Part shown: positions 10,941 through 23,600 of the stretch, piece after piece
Layout: every line of letters starts with the position of its first letter
How positions within the stretch are numbered: position 1 is the stretch's first letter
DNA from: Eutreptiella sp. 'Long Island Sound 2002'
Taxonomy: Eukaryota > Protista > Euglenida
Direction of reading: 5' to 3'
Assembly: GCA_964036045.1 (NCBI GenBank)
Contig: OZ038378.1
Location: 156,736,001 to 156,800,000, forward strand
DNA: 64,000 bases
Position numbers and translations under genes: made by a program
Notes under the pieces: model-generated
What the model saw: the letters and a program-made list of their open reading frames with translations, nothing else
The model's database searches: none
Told to the model about the DNA's origin: nothing

Positions 10941-11560
10941 TTTGCCATGCTGCACAACATAGCCCCGGGACTTGGAACGGAGGGAGGGGGTGACGTGCAG
11001 CGCACATGCGCATCAGGATACATGGATGCGGCCAACCGCACGTGCCCTGGCGCACCATGTGCACTGCGCGCACCGCTTGGGCGGCACCCTCATGGTGCTT
11101 TAAATGAAAAATAGGCTGAGGTGGGAAAGGTTGGGAGGGCAGGATCAGGGATAGATGGTGCAGTGCGGGGGGACCATGGAGCGACAACACAAAGCCATAC
11201 ATGGTTGAGTCGTTCGTTGTGTGTGGTGTGTACTCACTGTGTCACACACAGCCACAGCGCTCTGGTGTGGCACACCTGGAGTTCTCCGTGCTGCGACTGT
11301 TGGTGGAGACTGTTGCTGAGGACGCGGGGCTGTCTGGGACTGTATCCCTGTGGTATGAGAGGAGGTCCAGTGACGCTCTGAGGGTGCCACCCGCGCACCG
11401 CGCAGGCTGCGTCATTCAAGTATCCCGGTTTTTATGCCATGCTGCACAACATAGCCCCGGGACTTGGAACGGAGGGAGGGGGTGACGTGCAGCGCACATG
11501 CGCATCAGGGTACATGGATGCGGCCAAACGCACGTGCCCTGGTGCACCATGTGCACCGCG
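10941..11560 (+). repeat. ~130-bp direct duplication (10941-11070 and 11434-11560)
   Basis: gccatgctgcacaacatagccccgggacttggaacggagggagggggtgacgtgcagcgcacatgcgcatcagg... occurs twice. Confidence 0.9.
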
Positions 11561-12344
11561 CAGGCAGCACCCTCTCTAGAAGTCATGGTGTCATGGTGTC
11601 CTCTGCCAGGTCCCGCCCGCTCAGGAGCGGTTGCCTGCAGTCCCGGCCAGGCCAGAGCAGCACATTACCGCAGCAAGTGCAGTGCCCTGCCGCGCAGCGC
11701 ACGCACCCGCGCCCCCCCCCCCCCTGTTCGCTCTCTGCCCAAGGCCACACGGCCCGGGCAGTCCCACACGGGCCCCACGGCTCCAATGACACGGCAGTTC
11801 TTCTCTTTTGCACGGGCACACGCAAAAGTTCTTCAACACGGTTGGGTGTCCATATTCGAACCCAAGTTTCACAGAAACCAAAGTTTGGCACCACTGTCCC
11901 CGCGTTCTGCCGACAGGGATTTGGCCAGCACTCTCGTCGGTCAATGATTTCTGAGTTCACTGAGTGCCGCTCTGTGTGGGGGATGGGAGGAGGGAGGACG
12001 GAGAGCCAAACAGGCAGTGCCCCTTGACACGCATCCCAAGAAACAGTTTCCCAGTTATTTTGTGGATCATATGCCATTGTGTTTAGCTGTGGGAAGGGTT
12101 GGCGCAGTGGGGATGTGCATGGGGTGGAGCATGGTGGGTCCTGGTGCTGGCAGTGCGGTTGGTTGATGCCGTACCAGAAGACGTGGACCGCACGTGGACC
12201 CCAGGCTTGCTGGAATCAGGGTCCATGCTCCTACCCAAAAGGGGAAGATAGCGTGGTGAGCTGGTTCAAGAAAGGGGAATGCACAAATATCCCCAAAATC
12301 AGAACTATGTGGGTTCAAGTGGGCAAACACTCACAACAAATGTG

Positions 12345-12527
12345 TCTATGACCCGAGGTGACTGGCAAATTTGTCACCTTATCTGGCCGCACTGCATTTG
12401 TACCGTCTATGACCCGAGGTGACTGGCAAATTTGTCACCTTATGTGGCCGCACTGCATTTGTACCGTCTATGACCCGAGGTGACTGGCAAATTTGTCACC
12501 TTATGTGGCCGCACTGCATTTGTACCG
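12345..12527. repeat. 61-bp tandem repeat x3 with internal hairpin (aggtgac...gtcacct)
   Basis: Period 61 (gtctat at 12344, 12405, 12466); one mismatch between copies. Confidence 0.95.
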
Positions 12528-14008
12528 AATCAAATTAGGTACCAAATTAATACGGTTCCTACGCCCGCTTGGACAAGGGCGTAGCTTTTGCCACTGATTA
12601 TTCTGAATCCGAATCGTCCTCATTGTTGCCAATATCCAGCCCCTTTATTTTGCCATGCCAAAGTACAGCGGATACAAGTGGCAGGCTCACAACACACTGA
12701 CCTTCAAGACAACACAATGACCCGCAACAAAATTTTGGTGTTGTTGACCAAGTGAAGCCCCCTGAAGGAACTCTGGGCTATTGCGCGTGTGCACAAGGGG
12801 CAGTCAGCACAAAGCGCAGAAAGAAAATGGCTCGTCAGTGGCCTAGAAGACCTGGGATGCAGAGATGCCAGTGGTTGGAACACTGACGGTAGCAAAGCAG
12901 TGACAACGCAGCGGTAAGCCCAAACCACCGCCATGCAGTGGCCACCAGACTTGTCTATCAATTAACCAATGAGCTCACATATACAGGAAATGCTGGCGAC
13001 CCCTCCCCCGCGGTCCAAGCCCTGACGCGATGGGAGTAAGCGGGCCCAAAAGTGGCGTCAGGGACATAGCACCAGTCGCGTATCTTTTACAAGGCGGGGG
13101 GTGTGACCGAATTAAAAAACAGACAAGTGCAAACCAGAGGTAATGCACTCGACAGTCAGTTTTACAAGGTGGCCGCACGCAGATCAAAGAGCGCTGCACG
13201 TCCTGGTATGCATATGCAGCAATGTTTTATAAGGTGGGGGGGGGGGGGTACTTGTACACCTTCAGAGGAGGGAATCCTCATGTGGCAAACCCCAACAGCC
13301 AGGGAAAATTATTTTCACCAGGTGAGAGTGGGGTAGTTGTAGTTGTCCTTGTGCTCAAGGGTGCTCACTACCACTGATGTGGGACATGTAACAGGGACCA
13401 ATCAATTCAACCAGTGCGGAAATGAAACACTCTTGGGGCTGCACACAAGTCAAAAAGCGTTCCACACATGTATGTCCTGGTATGCACAACACCCTTAGGG
13501 CGTTCAAAGGTCAGGTGTGGACCCGCCACAGTGCTCCAGCTGCACCTGCCTTCACACGGCCTTCATTGCCAACTCAGTGCGATTCATGTTCGACTGGCCA
13601 TTGCAAGGCCCATTGGCCCATTGTTCTTTTTTTTTTTCCGGTGCTGACCAAGATGAGCTGGCGTGGCCCACTCACTTCACAGTACTCGAGATGACCTCTC
13701 GGAATCAAGGTAGAGAGCTGTCCAGTGCTACCATGATCCCACATTGGCTGTGATCTGACACGCAGTGAGGATTAGCTGAGTCTGAAACCAGGTAATGTAG
13801 TGGGAGGCTGCCACGCCCGTAGGCTTCCCAGTGTGCATGAGACACAATGACTGTACCCCCCCCTCCCCTTGCGCAAGCACGGCCGCGGTCCCAGAAGTCA
13901 GGCCAAAACGGCGGTTCAATGCCCACCCCGTGCTTAGACAAGGCTGTGCATGCGAGAGAGCGTGTGTGTGTGTGTGTGTGTGTGTGTGACGCCCAATCAT
14001 TTCAACAA

Positions 14009-16395
14009 GCGCTGATGGGAAGCCCGGCCCGCCCACCCGCGACAAGACCCGGCGGGATAGTGGTAGTTACTGTTAGTCACTTCCATGTCACATGCCCATG
14101 TCACATACCAGGGTTTTTTTGTGTGTGTTTTTAATAGGAGGGGCATGGATATAGTTGAATTGCATAATTATGGCTCATTTCTTTAGTCAAAATAACAATC
14201 AAAATAGACCAAAGAATGCATACTTCATAGCTCTTGTTCATTGTGTTACAGAGTGTGTTACATCACACTTTTGGTCCATACACTTTTTTTGGTACACATT
14301 ATATTATTCAGCCGAAAAAGAAAATGACGAAAATGAAAAAGAGCAACTATCATCACCACATGCTACTACACGCGCCCAAAACAATAGTTTCCGCGATCCA
14401 TCATGAGAACAATACAACCTAAGCATAATATACATTGCAGCAAAAATTTACCCATTTGCAAAATGGGTATGCAATGCAATGCAAATGCAAATGCAGTTAG
14501 AAAGACATAAAAAAAAAAAGAAAGAATCCATGGCATTAGCTTTGTGACTAGGCTTGGGAAGGACTCGCTATGCTCCTCCTTCCCAAGCCTAGAAAGCCGA
14601 AAGTATCAGAAATTCTGGTACGTACCAACAAGTACACATTTCATTGAGCTGATTTTGACCGAAAATCATGACTAAAAACCTGATTTTTGCGGAAATTGGT
14701 CACAAGCTAGACTATGATCATTCCTCGAATTCTATTACGATATGTCTTCACCTTTCAAAGGAGCCAAACGGTTCGTTCCAACTCAACAATATGTTCGAGA
14801 ACGAAGTCCGACAAATGGAAGCATAAACTGTGAATTGCTACTTTGGACAAAAATGCAAAACCCCCAACGCTTATAAATCCGGGCCAACGGGGCTTCAATG
14901 GGCAAACAATTGACCTTTTGCATTCTTCTAGATCCAAATAACTCCATTATGCTTGGTTGAGGGCTTGGTAACATATGTGCTTCCTACTTGACTACGTGCC
15001 GACAGGTACACATTTTGCCGTGGCAGGGTACGCACAAGATACAACTGATTTTTGTCAAAAAGGACCACCAAAGATGCAATTTTTGCGTGAAATGGGTGTG
15101 AGACGGCCTGTGGCGGGTCCTATTATCCTTTTAGGACATGTTCTCAGCTTTCAAACGAGCCCAACACTTTGTTCTAACTCCACGGTATGTTGGAGAACGA
15201 CCTCCGACAAATGGACCCACAAACCGAAAATGTCCATTTTTGACCAAAATGCCAAACCCCCGGCTTCTATATCTAGGGGTCTTTGGGGGTACACCAGGCA
15301 AACTAGTAGCCATTCCCCTCCCTCTAGGTCCAAACTACTCAAATATGCTTGGTTGAAGTCGCACAAAAGCATGGGCATGCAACCGGAACACCGGGGGGGG
15401 AGACCCATGATTTTGGTAGGCTGGTGTTGTGACAGCACCCAAAAACACAGCTTAAAAAGCACATATCTTTGAGTTTTCGCCCCCATGTGCTCTCTATAGA
15501 GGCCATAGGGACGTAACATTGCTTATACCCGTTCCATCGGACCCATACGGGACTAGTTTGCACAAAGGTTCAATCCCTAGGCCGGGATATAGCGCTTTGA
15601 CAAGGCTGTACAATGGAGACAGCAACCTTCCCTAAGTACTGTTTTTTCTACCGTTTGTACCCTCTTTCTAGGCATCAAGAGGAGGCTGGAGTGGTCAACC
15701 TTGGGGATTTTCACATCATTTGGGTGCAAATGAACTTGGATTGTCACTTGGGTCGTTGCTAGACCCTCGTGGTTTCGCTACAATAGGCCTACGAAACAGG
15801 CCAAAATGGCCAAACTGAGCCTACTGTATAAAAACTTGAAAAAATCATATCTTTGGCCTACCGGCTCGAATTTTGATAAACCGAAAGCCAAATCTGGGTA
15901 GTTTTTGACGCTGAACACGAATATTCAGTCAAAACCTCGGCGTCGAACACGCTGCTGGTGGAAATCGACGATCGGTGTTCCGAAACAGTGATTCGTGCAG
16001 TTTTGCGAAACACCGATTTTACAGCATTATCCGGGCTTTAAAACCCTTCACATTCATGGGCTTAAATCGAATTTTCGTCAACTCTAGCTAGGTGCTGAGT
16101 TCAACAGGAGAAATGTCGGCGACAGCCATTGGTCACGCGTGCGCGCTGATTTTTGACCAGAAATCCGGATTCTGGCCAGTAAAAAAAAAGTCCCCTATAC
16201 AGGCTTGTAGGGGCTGTCCTGCCATCCACAAATATGCCTTTGGTTTGTCCGAAACCTCGTCCGTTGCCATCATTACGGCAGGGCCAATCTCTAAACATAA
16301 TCATCGGGGTCAGCTTTACAGCTGAGCGTCGCAGGCGGCCGCGGAGCCCCTCCCCCGCGGCAAGACAGCGAACGGCGGGCCTTGCGGCCCCAGGG
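14009..16395. mobile_element. ~2.4-kb insertion between CAACAA direct repeats inside the hAT transposase remnant
   Basis: The left flank gtgacgcccaatcatttcaacaa (to 14008) and right flank caacaatctcaaagcgtttgctatcatacaac (from 16396) are contiguous in the uninterrupted copy at ~8266-8316. Confidence 0.7.
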
Positions 16396-18250
16396 CAACA
16401 ATCTCAAAGCGTTTGCTATCATACAACCTGCTGGTGGCATCACCATCCTTGTTGATGAAACGAGTGACAGTGTGGCTGATAATGAACCAGTCAACATACT
16501 CATCATTACTTCTGTTGCAGCATACTACTGCGACACCATTTTTGTGCAGCACAGTAAAGAAGATGAAACAAAATACGGTGATGCTTTTGGGAATGCTGTT
16601 GTTGATTGGTGGGACAGCTGGATCTGCCCATACGAGGACCCAAATCCAAGCCATTGCGTTACTCCGTGCGAGCCTTTGTCACTGACAATGTCAATTATAA
16701 TATTAGTGCATTTAGAAGACGTTGGTCACCCAAATTTCCAAATGCCACACATTTCCGCTGCATTGCCCATGTGTTGAACCTGGTGGGGGCAGTCTTCCGG
16801 GAGCACAAGTGTATGCAATTGTTGCGGGACTATATGGCCAAAGCCCAATCTGTGCTGAAGGGGGGAGAAAACCTCAAGCGACCTCAACGACTCAGAAAAC
16901 AGTTGAGGCAACCGGGTGCAGTACAGGAGGTTGAGGGATGCAGTACCCCCCCTGATTGGGCTGACACTCGGTGGTCTGGGTGGTACCCCCCCCCCCCTTG
17001 CAAAGTCCCCCCCCTTGCAATCTCCCCCCCCCCCCCCCCGGGAGACCGTCACTTCCATGTTTTTCTAGTTAACATGTATTGTGCTGGTTTGTGTTGCCCA
17101 TCTGCTTTACGCATGGCCTTGCATTGCTTTCCCAGTACTACAAATCAAGCACCTGTGTATGTTCTGTGATATTCTCTCTCCAAAGGCGTTGTATGGGTGT
17201 GTTGAGTTGCCACTTCAGACCCAAGATGTTTTCTCCCGGTGACCATGTACGGTACCACACACACACACACTGTCATGCAAACCGAGCATGTGCAACAATT
17301 CAAAGTGTGTTATTCTCGTACCCAGAAGTTCTTTACCGTTCCTTTGGATCCTCAATAACATTTGTGTTGGATGAAACACATTGGCACCGCATCAACGCGA
17401 AAGTCGCTTCACACGTGTTCTCTTTGCTTGCGTCAGTGGAGGGTACCACAGTTTGCCTTGAGATACCTTTGCAATCCCCCCCCCCCCCCGGGGGACCGTC
17501 ACTTGGTGACCGTCTCCCCCCCCCACCCGGGAGACCGTCGCGCGCTACCCCGGGACTTTGCAAGGGGGGCGGGGGGTATGAGTGTTCCACCTGGCACTGC
17601 AGACATTGTACAGATTTCAAAACCTGGCTGGAGGTTGAGGCCCATGCTGCAGATGCCCCAGCCACTATGAAAAACTTGCCTCAGTGGCTCACAGCGCATT
17701 CTTCGTTGGTGCGGTTGCAGCTCATTTTTGTTGTGGAGCATGCGAAAGAAGTGTTTGAGCTTTGACCGTGTCCAAGTGTCGACATCTGCCACCCTCCTGC
17801 ATGGTAACCCGCAAAATAGGCTCAAACCACAGATGCATCGTGTGCATAACAGAATGTTTGCATTGTATACCACGCTGCAGGAATTGGTGAATAAGAACGC
17901 ACTGCGCAACCTTACCAATGCGCGCTTGCATGGGAAAAGGCTCGGAAACTCAGCACCGGAGAAACCCCTCAAAAACCACTGAAAAAGGCTTTTGACCCAC
18001 TCCATCTTTTTCCCAACTCCTGCCCCAACTCCTGCCCCAACCCCTGCCCCCCGACACACGCAAAAACGAGGCACCAGGCACGGCACACCTGCAGCAGCGC
18101 GCCCCGTCACTGCTACCGCCGTCCGCCGGGCGGCGCATGTCCTCCTCATATTCCTCTTCCGCTTGCCTGCGGAAGAGGAATCGAACTCGGGTCTTCACGG
18201 CTGCAACCGGCTGCACAGCCGCTACAGCACGCCGCCAGAAACCTTCCTGC
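16396..18250 (+). pseudogene. hAT-superfamily transposase pseudogene
   Basis: ITILVDETSD (first catalytic D, ~16454), VRAFVTDNV (second D, 16681), FRCIAHVLNLV (CxxH), DTRWSGW (TRW). A possible SSSAC dimerisation-domain remnant at ~18152. Frameshifts at ~16635 and ~17762, plus a MITE insertion. Confidence 0.85.
16986..17576. mobile_element. 591-bp MITE with C-run/G-run TIRs (CCCCCCTTGCAAAGTCCC) and TA TSD
   Basis: Left end ta|ccccccccccccttgcaaagtccc; right end gggactttgcaaggggggcgggggg|ta. Removing it with one TA restores ...TRWSGWY-ECSTW in frame. Confidence 0.85.
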
Positions 18251-19386
18251 GGGCCCCATACACCTTGACCCGGCACTTGGGCTGCCCTCCCGCTTGCTAG
18301 ATTTCGTCGCCAGAGAACCGTAGATGTGTATGTGCCACTGATGACTGAACCACTGCAAAGTCGACACACCAATGAATGATTGAAGAATTTGTGAACTTTC
18401 ACGTTTCTGGGTTGCTTCGGCGAGCCCCTGACTTCACCTGCCGGATGCGGTGCGCGCATATTGCATACCGCGAGTTTGGTTTGCGGCTACTCAGGGGGGA
18501 GAATAGGCGACATTCTGAGAACTTCCCATCCTCAAGTCCGGCTGAGCAATTGCCGGGAACCAAAAAAACGAACTTTGGCTGGAACTTTGCTCTTTCTGCT
18601 GCGCGCTTGCCTGCTTCTAAGACGCCGAATCCATGGATCAGCTCAATTTGAATTTCAGCGGTCAGTCGACAGCGTCCGTCGGTCACTGCTGCAATAATTC
18701 ACGGTTTGCCACTGTTGTTGCTAACGACGTTTATTGACGTCCTATTCCTGTGAGTTTACAGCCTGTTTTGGCTTCTGTTGGAGCAAGTCGTTTTTTTTGG
18801 GACACGAACGGACTTTTTCTGATGGTAGAGGATGTGGTACTAGTGTTTGTTACTTTCTGTTCCCAACCTTGTCTGGCAGTGGCCAAAGGCACGTGCAGTC
18901 TGACAGCAGGAGACAGGCATTGCATTTTTGAGTGCAGCGCCAAACTAACTTTGAACTTGTTGTCATTGGCGACACAAAAAATTGAGATCGTCTGTTTCTG
19001 TGTGACAACGCACATCAGGCATACTGCTTTGTTCTTGAGACAACCAGTTGGATCTGCAGCTTGCGGGGTGCAGATGCACAACTGGGATCTGGAGCAGGCA
19101 AAGCGAACACAGTAACAGTAGCCGCAGGTGCCTCTGGGATGCATCCGCTTCTTATTTCGGCTGCAGAAACATCGTTTGTGATGTACTGTGGCTTTGTGCT
19201 TGTGTAAGGGCTGGCTTCCCTGATATTGTGAAGAAGATGGCAGGAGTAAAATGATAGCACATGCGGCAGACCTGCCTCTCGGGTGGCAGGTTGGAGGAGC
19301 AGTGAGAGAATTCCAGTTGTTGAAGTGAGTTGTCCCCTGCAGCTTTGTCTGTGCTTCAAACACAACTTCTGCTGTAGGTCCAAACT

Positions 19387-19806
19387 ATGTCGGTGAAATT
19401 TGACGTCGCGGCTACGTGCGAGACTGAAGGGTCTGCGGCTCCCGAACCCAGTGTCCGCCCTGCGCTGTGGAAGCAAGGAAGTCACTCCGTGGTGCCCTGC
19501 GAACACATTTCGGAATGGCTGCCGGACCTCAGTAGCTACTGCAACCCTATGAGCACTCTCCGCAACCAACAGTACCGCAACAATTCCGAGTTTATCCTGC
19601 AGAACGTCTCCGGAAACAACGACCCAAGCCTGCAATCCAGGCAAAAGCTGGAGGAGTACGACGCCATTTTGCGGGCGGGCCCTAGAAAGTCCATCGCTTT
19701 CAACCCCAGAACAGTGAACGTTTGCATCGTCAACACCGGTGGGCTTTGCCCTGGTCTCAATAGTGTCATCGAGGAGTTGGTGCGGACGCTGTGCCTCTCA
19801 TATCAG
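19387..19806 (+). CDS. PFK: ATP-dependent 6-phosphofructokinase, exon 1 (140 aa)
   Basis: ILRAGPRKSIAFNP...IVNTGGLCPGLNSVIEELV. Donor cag|gtgctt. Acceptor-like ctgtag just upstream of the ATG. Confidence 0.92.
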
Positions 19807-20445
19807 GTGCTTTGTGTCACTCCAGGCAGGTCCAGGCTCCGTCGAAATAGGGAAGCGGACATCCTACAAGCAACCACAGAGATATTGACAGCGGTTGGCA
19901 CATATGCCTGCTGAGGGGTATCCCGGCTTACCAACGGGGCACTGTCGCGCTAGAGTGGATCTTTTTTTGGAGGCAGGCTTTGAATTCTCCGCTGCTGCAG
20001 ATTACTGGGACAGCAACACCTCACTTGACTCTTTCACATCAAGGCCTGCCACCGGAGGAAAAACCACCCCCGCACCACTGTGAAAAGTGTGACGTGTGGG
20101 AAAGCGTCGTAGGTGGCAAAGGTAAGGGAATCCTGGATCTCAAGGCTTGTATTTGTTGCACTCCGTTTCCACCCCCCCCCCCCCCGGCTTGCCCATGCAT
20201 TTCGTTTCTCACACCATTTTGCAGCGTCTTCCATTCCTGCCTTTTTTAGACCGGTAGGTGGCTGTGTTAAACAGGGTACTAAAGGTTCCAGCCCCCCCCC
20301 CCCCCCCGCACAACCAAAACACGTTCGGGCCCACAGAGGGTCAGAATGAGCAGTGGCGATAGGCCAATAGGCCCCGCCAAAGGCAAACAATCAGATACCG
20401 AGGCCTTGTGCCAACCCCCCCCCCCCCGCACCCCGCCTCAACCAG

Positions 20446-20631
20446 GTGAACACAGTTTACGGCATGCGCTACGGATTCCGGGGGTTCGATCCAGCGGAGG
20501 TGGAGCCCATGATTTTGACCCCGGCCAACACAGTCAACATTCACCAGAAGGGCGGCACGATCCTTGGTACTTGTCGGGGACACTTTGATGACAACAAGAT
20601 CAGGACCTTTCTGCAGGAAAGACAAGTGAAG
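20446..20631 (+). CDS. PFK: PFK exon 2 (62 aa)
   Basis: VNTVYGMRYGFRGF...IHQKGGTILGTCRG. Acceptor accag|, donor aag|gtgtgc, phase 0. Confidence 0.92.
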
Positions 20632-21739
20632 GTGTGCAAGCACTTCAGGGTTGGAAGGCGACAGGACGCTGTGTCTGTGAAGTGCACGCCAACAATTAAT
20701 GCAAATTTATTTGTCTTGGACCCCGGGTTTTTGCCCTTGCAACGTGTGCTGTCCTGTGGTGCAGTCAGGGGGGAAAAACCTCACCCCGAAGAAGTGAGAC
20801 CCGCTCCTTCGTCGTCGAAATCGAGTACATATCCTCCAGATTCAACCCCACTGATTCGGCGCGAAATCACAGCAGCTGCCTCCTCTAGATGATATTCAGT
20901 AGGGCCTTCGGGATCTTTTCCTGAGCCGGGACAAAGGAGCCCTCCAGAAAGCTGCCACATGACCTTTGGGGCTTGAGTTTGAGTAAACAGTGAACCATGT
21001 GGTACCAGTGCTGGTGTCAAAAAGACAATCCACATAGAGGGTTGACATGTTGGTTTTATATGCTTGGGCTTGCTTTTGCTTTTGAAGCCCCCCCCACCCC
21101 AGACAACACTACTGGGCAATTCCCGCACTAGAAGTGGCATGGTGTATTTACCTTTTGGGGAAGTGAAAATTTTCAAGAGACTCGGTTGCCGTAAGCGACG
21201 TGGTTCATAAAAAAAGACTTGAAATCTTTGCCCTTTTCATCATTTGCTTCAGCCGTGAAAATATCTTCGCGTCATCCAAGTTTTTTTGGAAAACACTGCA
21301 AAGTCATTGCATTGCATTGTGTTGTACCCTTGCCATCACTATGCTTAGGGAGGGTGGTTGCATCTTCTCGGGATGGACTGCAAGCATCTTGCTTCTTTGA
21401 ATTGATGCTGCACACCCCAGCCACTCGCAGCTTGATGGTGTACTTATGTTGGCCTGCCAAATTGTTTCCCTCTTTGACACTCATTGAACCACCAAGTCTT
21501 TTTGTTGATTGCATGACATCCACCAATTGTTCCAAGTGGACACCGTCAGTGTCATTTTCACTCATGGGTAAGAGCTCGGCACAGAAGGGAATCATTGACA
21601 AAGGGACTCATGGAGCACACACACTTAACCCACAAGTGACACAGTTGAAATCCCCCCATTTGTGCAACACAGCTACATTGCCCAGGAGCAAAAAACCAAG
21701 AGTACACCAATACTGTTGGTGAGGGCGGGGGGGGGGGGG

Positions 21740-21961
21740 CATTATTGGGCACCGCTGACGCGCAAATGGCACACCATGCCACATTCAGCACAGCCCCAAC
21801 ACACCAACTACTGGGCTTCGCGAACGCGGAAACGACACCAGCAAGAGCACCAGCCGCAGCGGCCGACAGAAAGCAGCAACCCGACGCCACATGCGAAGAG
21901 AAGAACGGGTGACTGTCCAGGGCCCTGTAAAGGAGCAACAACACAGACGGAATGTCACACA
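21740..21961 (+). repeat. Interspersed repeat family R, copy 1 (in PFK intron 2)
   Basis: attattgggc...gggtgactgtccagggccc...gacggaatgtcacac, bounded by G-runs. Homologous to 35263-35318, 58345-58590, 59040-59330, 61848-62140 and 63218-63273. Confidence 0.9.
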
Positions 21962-22288
21962 GGGGGCGGGGGTCAACTGGCAGCCCCTCCGTTTTGGCAG
22001 GGTCCCAAGGCAAGGCTTTCACTTAAGGGGGTTGGTGGGTCTGCCGTATGGGTGAAAGGGGGGTTGCCGCCAAAACAAGTTGGTCGGCACAGGCCCATTA
22101 GCCCCCTTCCCTCCCTCAGCAAGCAAGGGCCTGGCCTTGGCCTTGCCTGAAATGAGTGCTGGTGGTGGCCTGTTCGGGCAGCATGGGCTTTCCAACGGGC
22201 GAAATGTGACTTCAGGGATAAAGGTCTAAAAACTACCACCACTAATACCCTCATCATTTGCCATCAACACCGTTCTCGCCTGCTGCAG

Positions 22289-22465
22289 ATGGTTTTTGTG
22301 ATCGGGGGTGATGGTTCCCACCGGGCAGCAATGAAAATTCATACCATCTGCAAAGAGGCCAAAATGGAATGCGTCGTGGTTGGCATCCCTAAGACCATTG
22401 ATAACGACATCCTGTATTTTGACAAGACCTTTGGGTTTGACACAGCCGTGCAGGTTGCTTCTCAG
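22289..22465 (+). CDS. PFK: PFK exon 3 (59 aa)
   Basis: VFVIGGDGSHRAA...GIPKTIDNDI...TFGFDTAVQVASQ. GGDG + PKTIDND is the signature of the plant/trypanosomatid ATP-PFK group. Acceptor ctgcag|, donor cag|gttgtt chosen from spacing to exon 4. Confidence 0.92.
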
Positions 22466-23251
22466 GTTGTTTCCTCTTCCCAGCCAGAGCCACGTGAATA
22501 ACAAGGATGCCATGCTGCTTGCCTCAGGGGTTGGAGAACAGCACTTTGAAAGGGAATGGGGAAGGGGCAGCAAACATCCCTGCTTGCCATCGCGCTGTTG
22601 TAAGGGGCTCAATGGCGAGCCAATGAGAAAGCGTTGTCATGTTTGTGTATTGAGTTGGTGAAATGCCAAAGGATGCCAACCGCTGGTCCGCTTGTGACAC
22701 GCACAGTCCCATTTTTCAAGCCAAGGCAGCGGGGGACTGCTGGACCCACACCATTTACCCCCGATCCCAGCCCCTCTTTCAGTGATCCAGCGAAGTCTGT
22801 TTCGATGCCCTAGGATGAGCCGAAATTCTGGCAGCACTTTGATCAACTTGGGCCTGGCCTGTGGCCCCAAAACTCAAGGCTTCGAAGAATTTTTTTTCGG
22901 GGGTCGGGGGCTGCAGGGCAATTACCCCCCATGCTTCAGTTCAGTGTGGTCAGGCGCGCTTTGAGGGAGAATTTGCACCCATAGTCTGTAATTTCCTCTC
23001 CAAACCAAGCCCTGCCTCTTCTTCAACAATATCCAAGCCATGGGTGAGGGGGGGGGGGAGGGGCAGGGACTTGCTTTAATTTTCATTCCGGCAGGGGGGG
23101 GGGGTTGGCACAAGGCCTTGGTGGTTGGCTCTGTCAGCCTGTGGCAGCGCCTATTGGCCTCTCGCCTTTGAACCTTCTGCTATGACAAGCAGACATCCGT
23201 ACTACTGCAGACATCCGCACTGCCCTGGGCATCCACCTTCCTGGGTGGGTC

Positions 23252-23600
23252 GTCATAGCAGAGGGAGAGGAGTTCTTGTTGGAGAACCTGTGTTTCCCCA
23301 GAGTTCTTGACCTGGATTTCCCACCCAAGCAGGTGGATGCCCGCGGCAGTGCGGAAGTCTGCTCGTCATAGCAGAGGGAGAGGAGTTCTTGTTGGAGAAC
23401 CTGTATTTCCCAGGAGTTCTTGACCTGGATTTCCCACCCAGGCAGGTGGATGCCCGCGGCAATGCGGAAGTGTGCTCGTCATAGCAGAGGGAGAGGAGTT
23501 CTTGTTGGAGAACTTGTACATACCTTGGAGTTGGAGAACTTGCATTCCCTAGGAGTTCTTGTTGGAGAACCTGTACATCAACCCCAGGCCGCTGCAGCCC
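23252..23600. repeat. ~113-bp imperfect tandem repeat (~2.5 copies)
   Basis: gtcatagcagagggagaggagttcttgttggagaac starts at 23252, 23365 and 23478. Confidence 0.85.

Noticed and set aside
22454-22465. Earlier GT donor for PFK exon 3 at 22454
   Set aside because: Spacing between FDTAV and the next conserved block needs four more residues (VASQ), favouring 22466.
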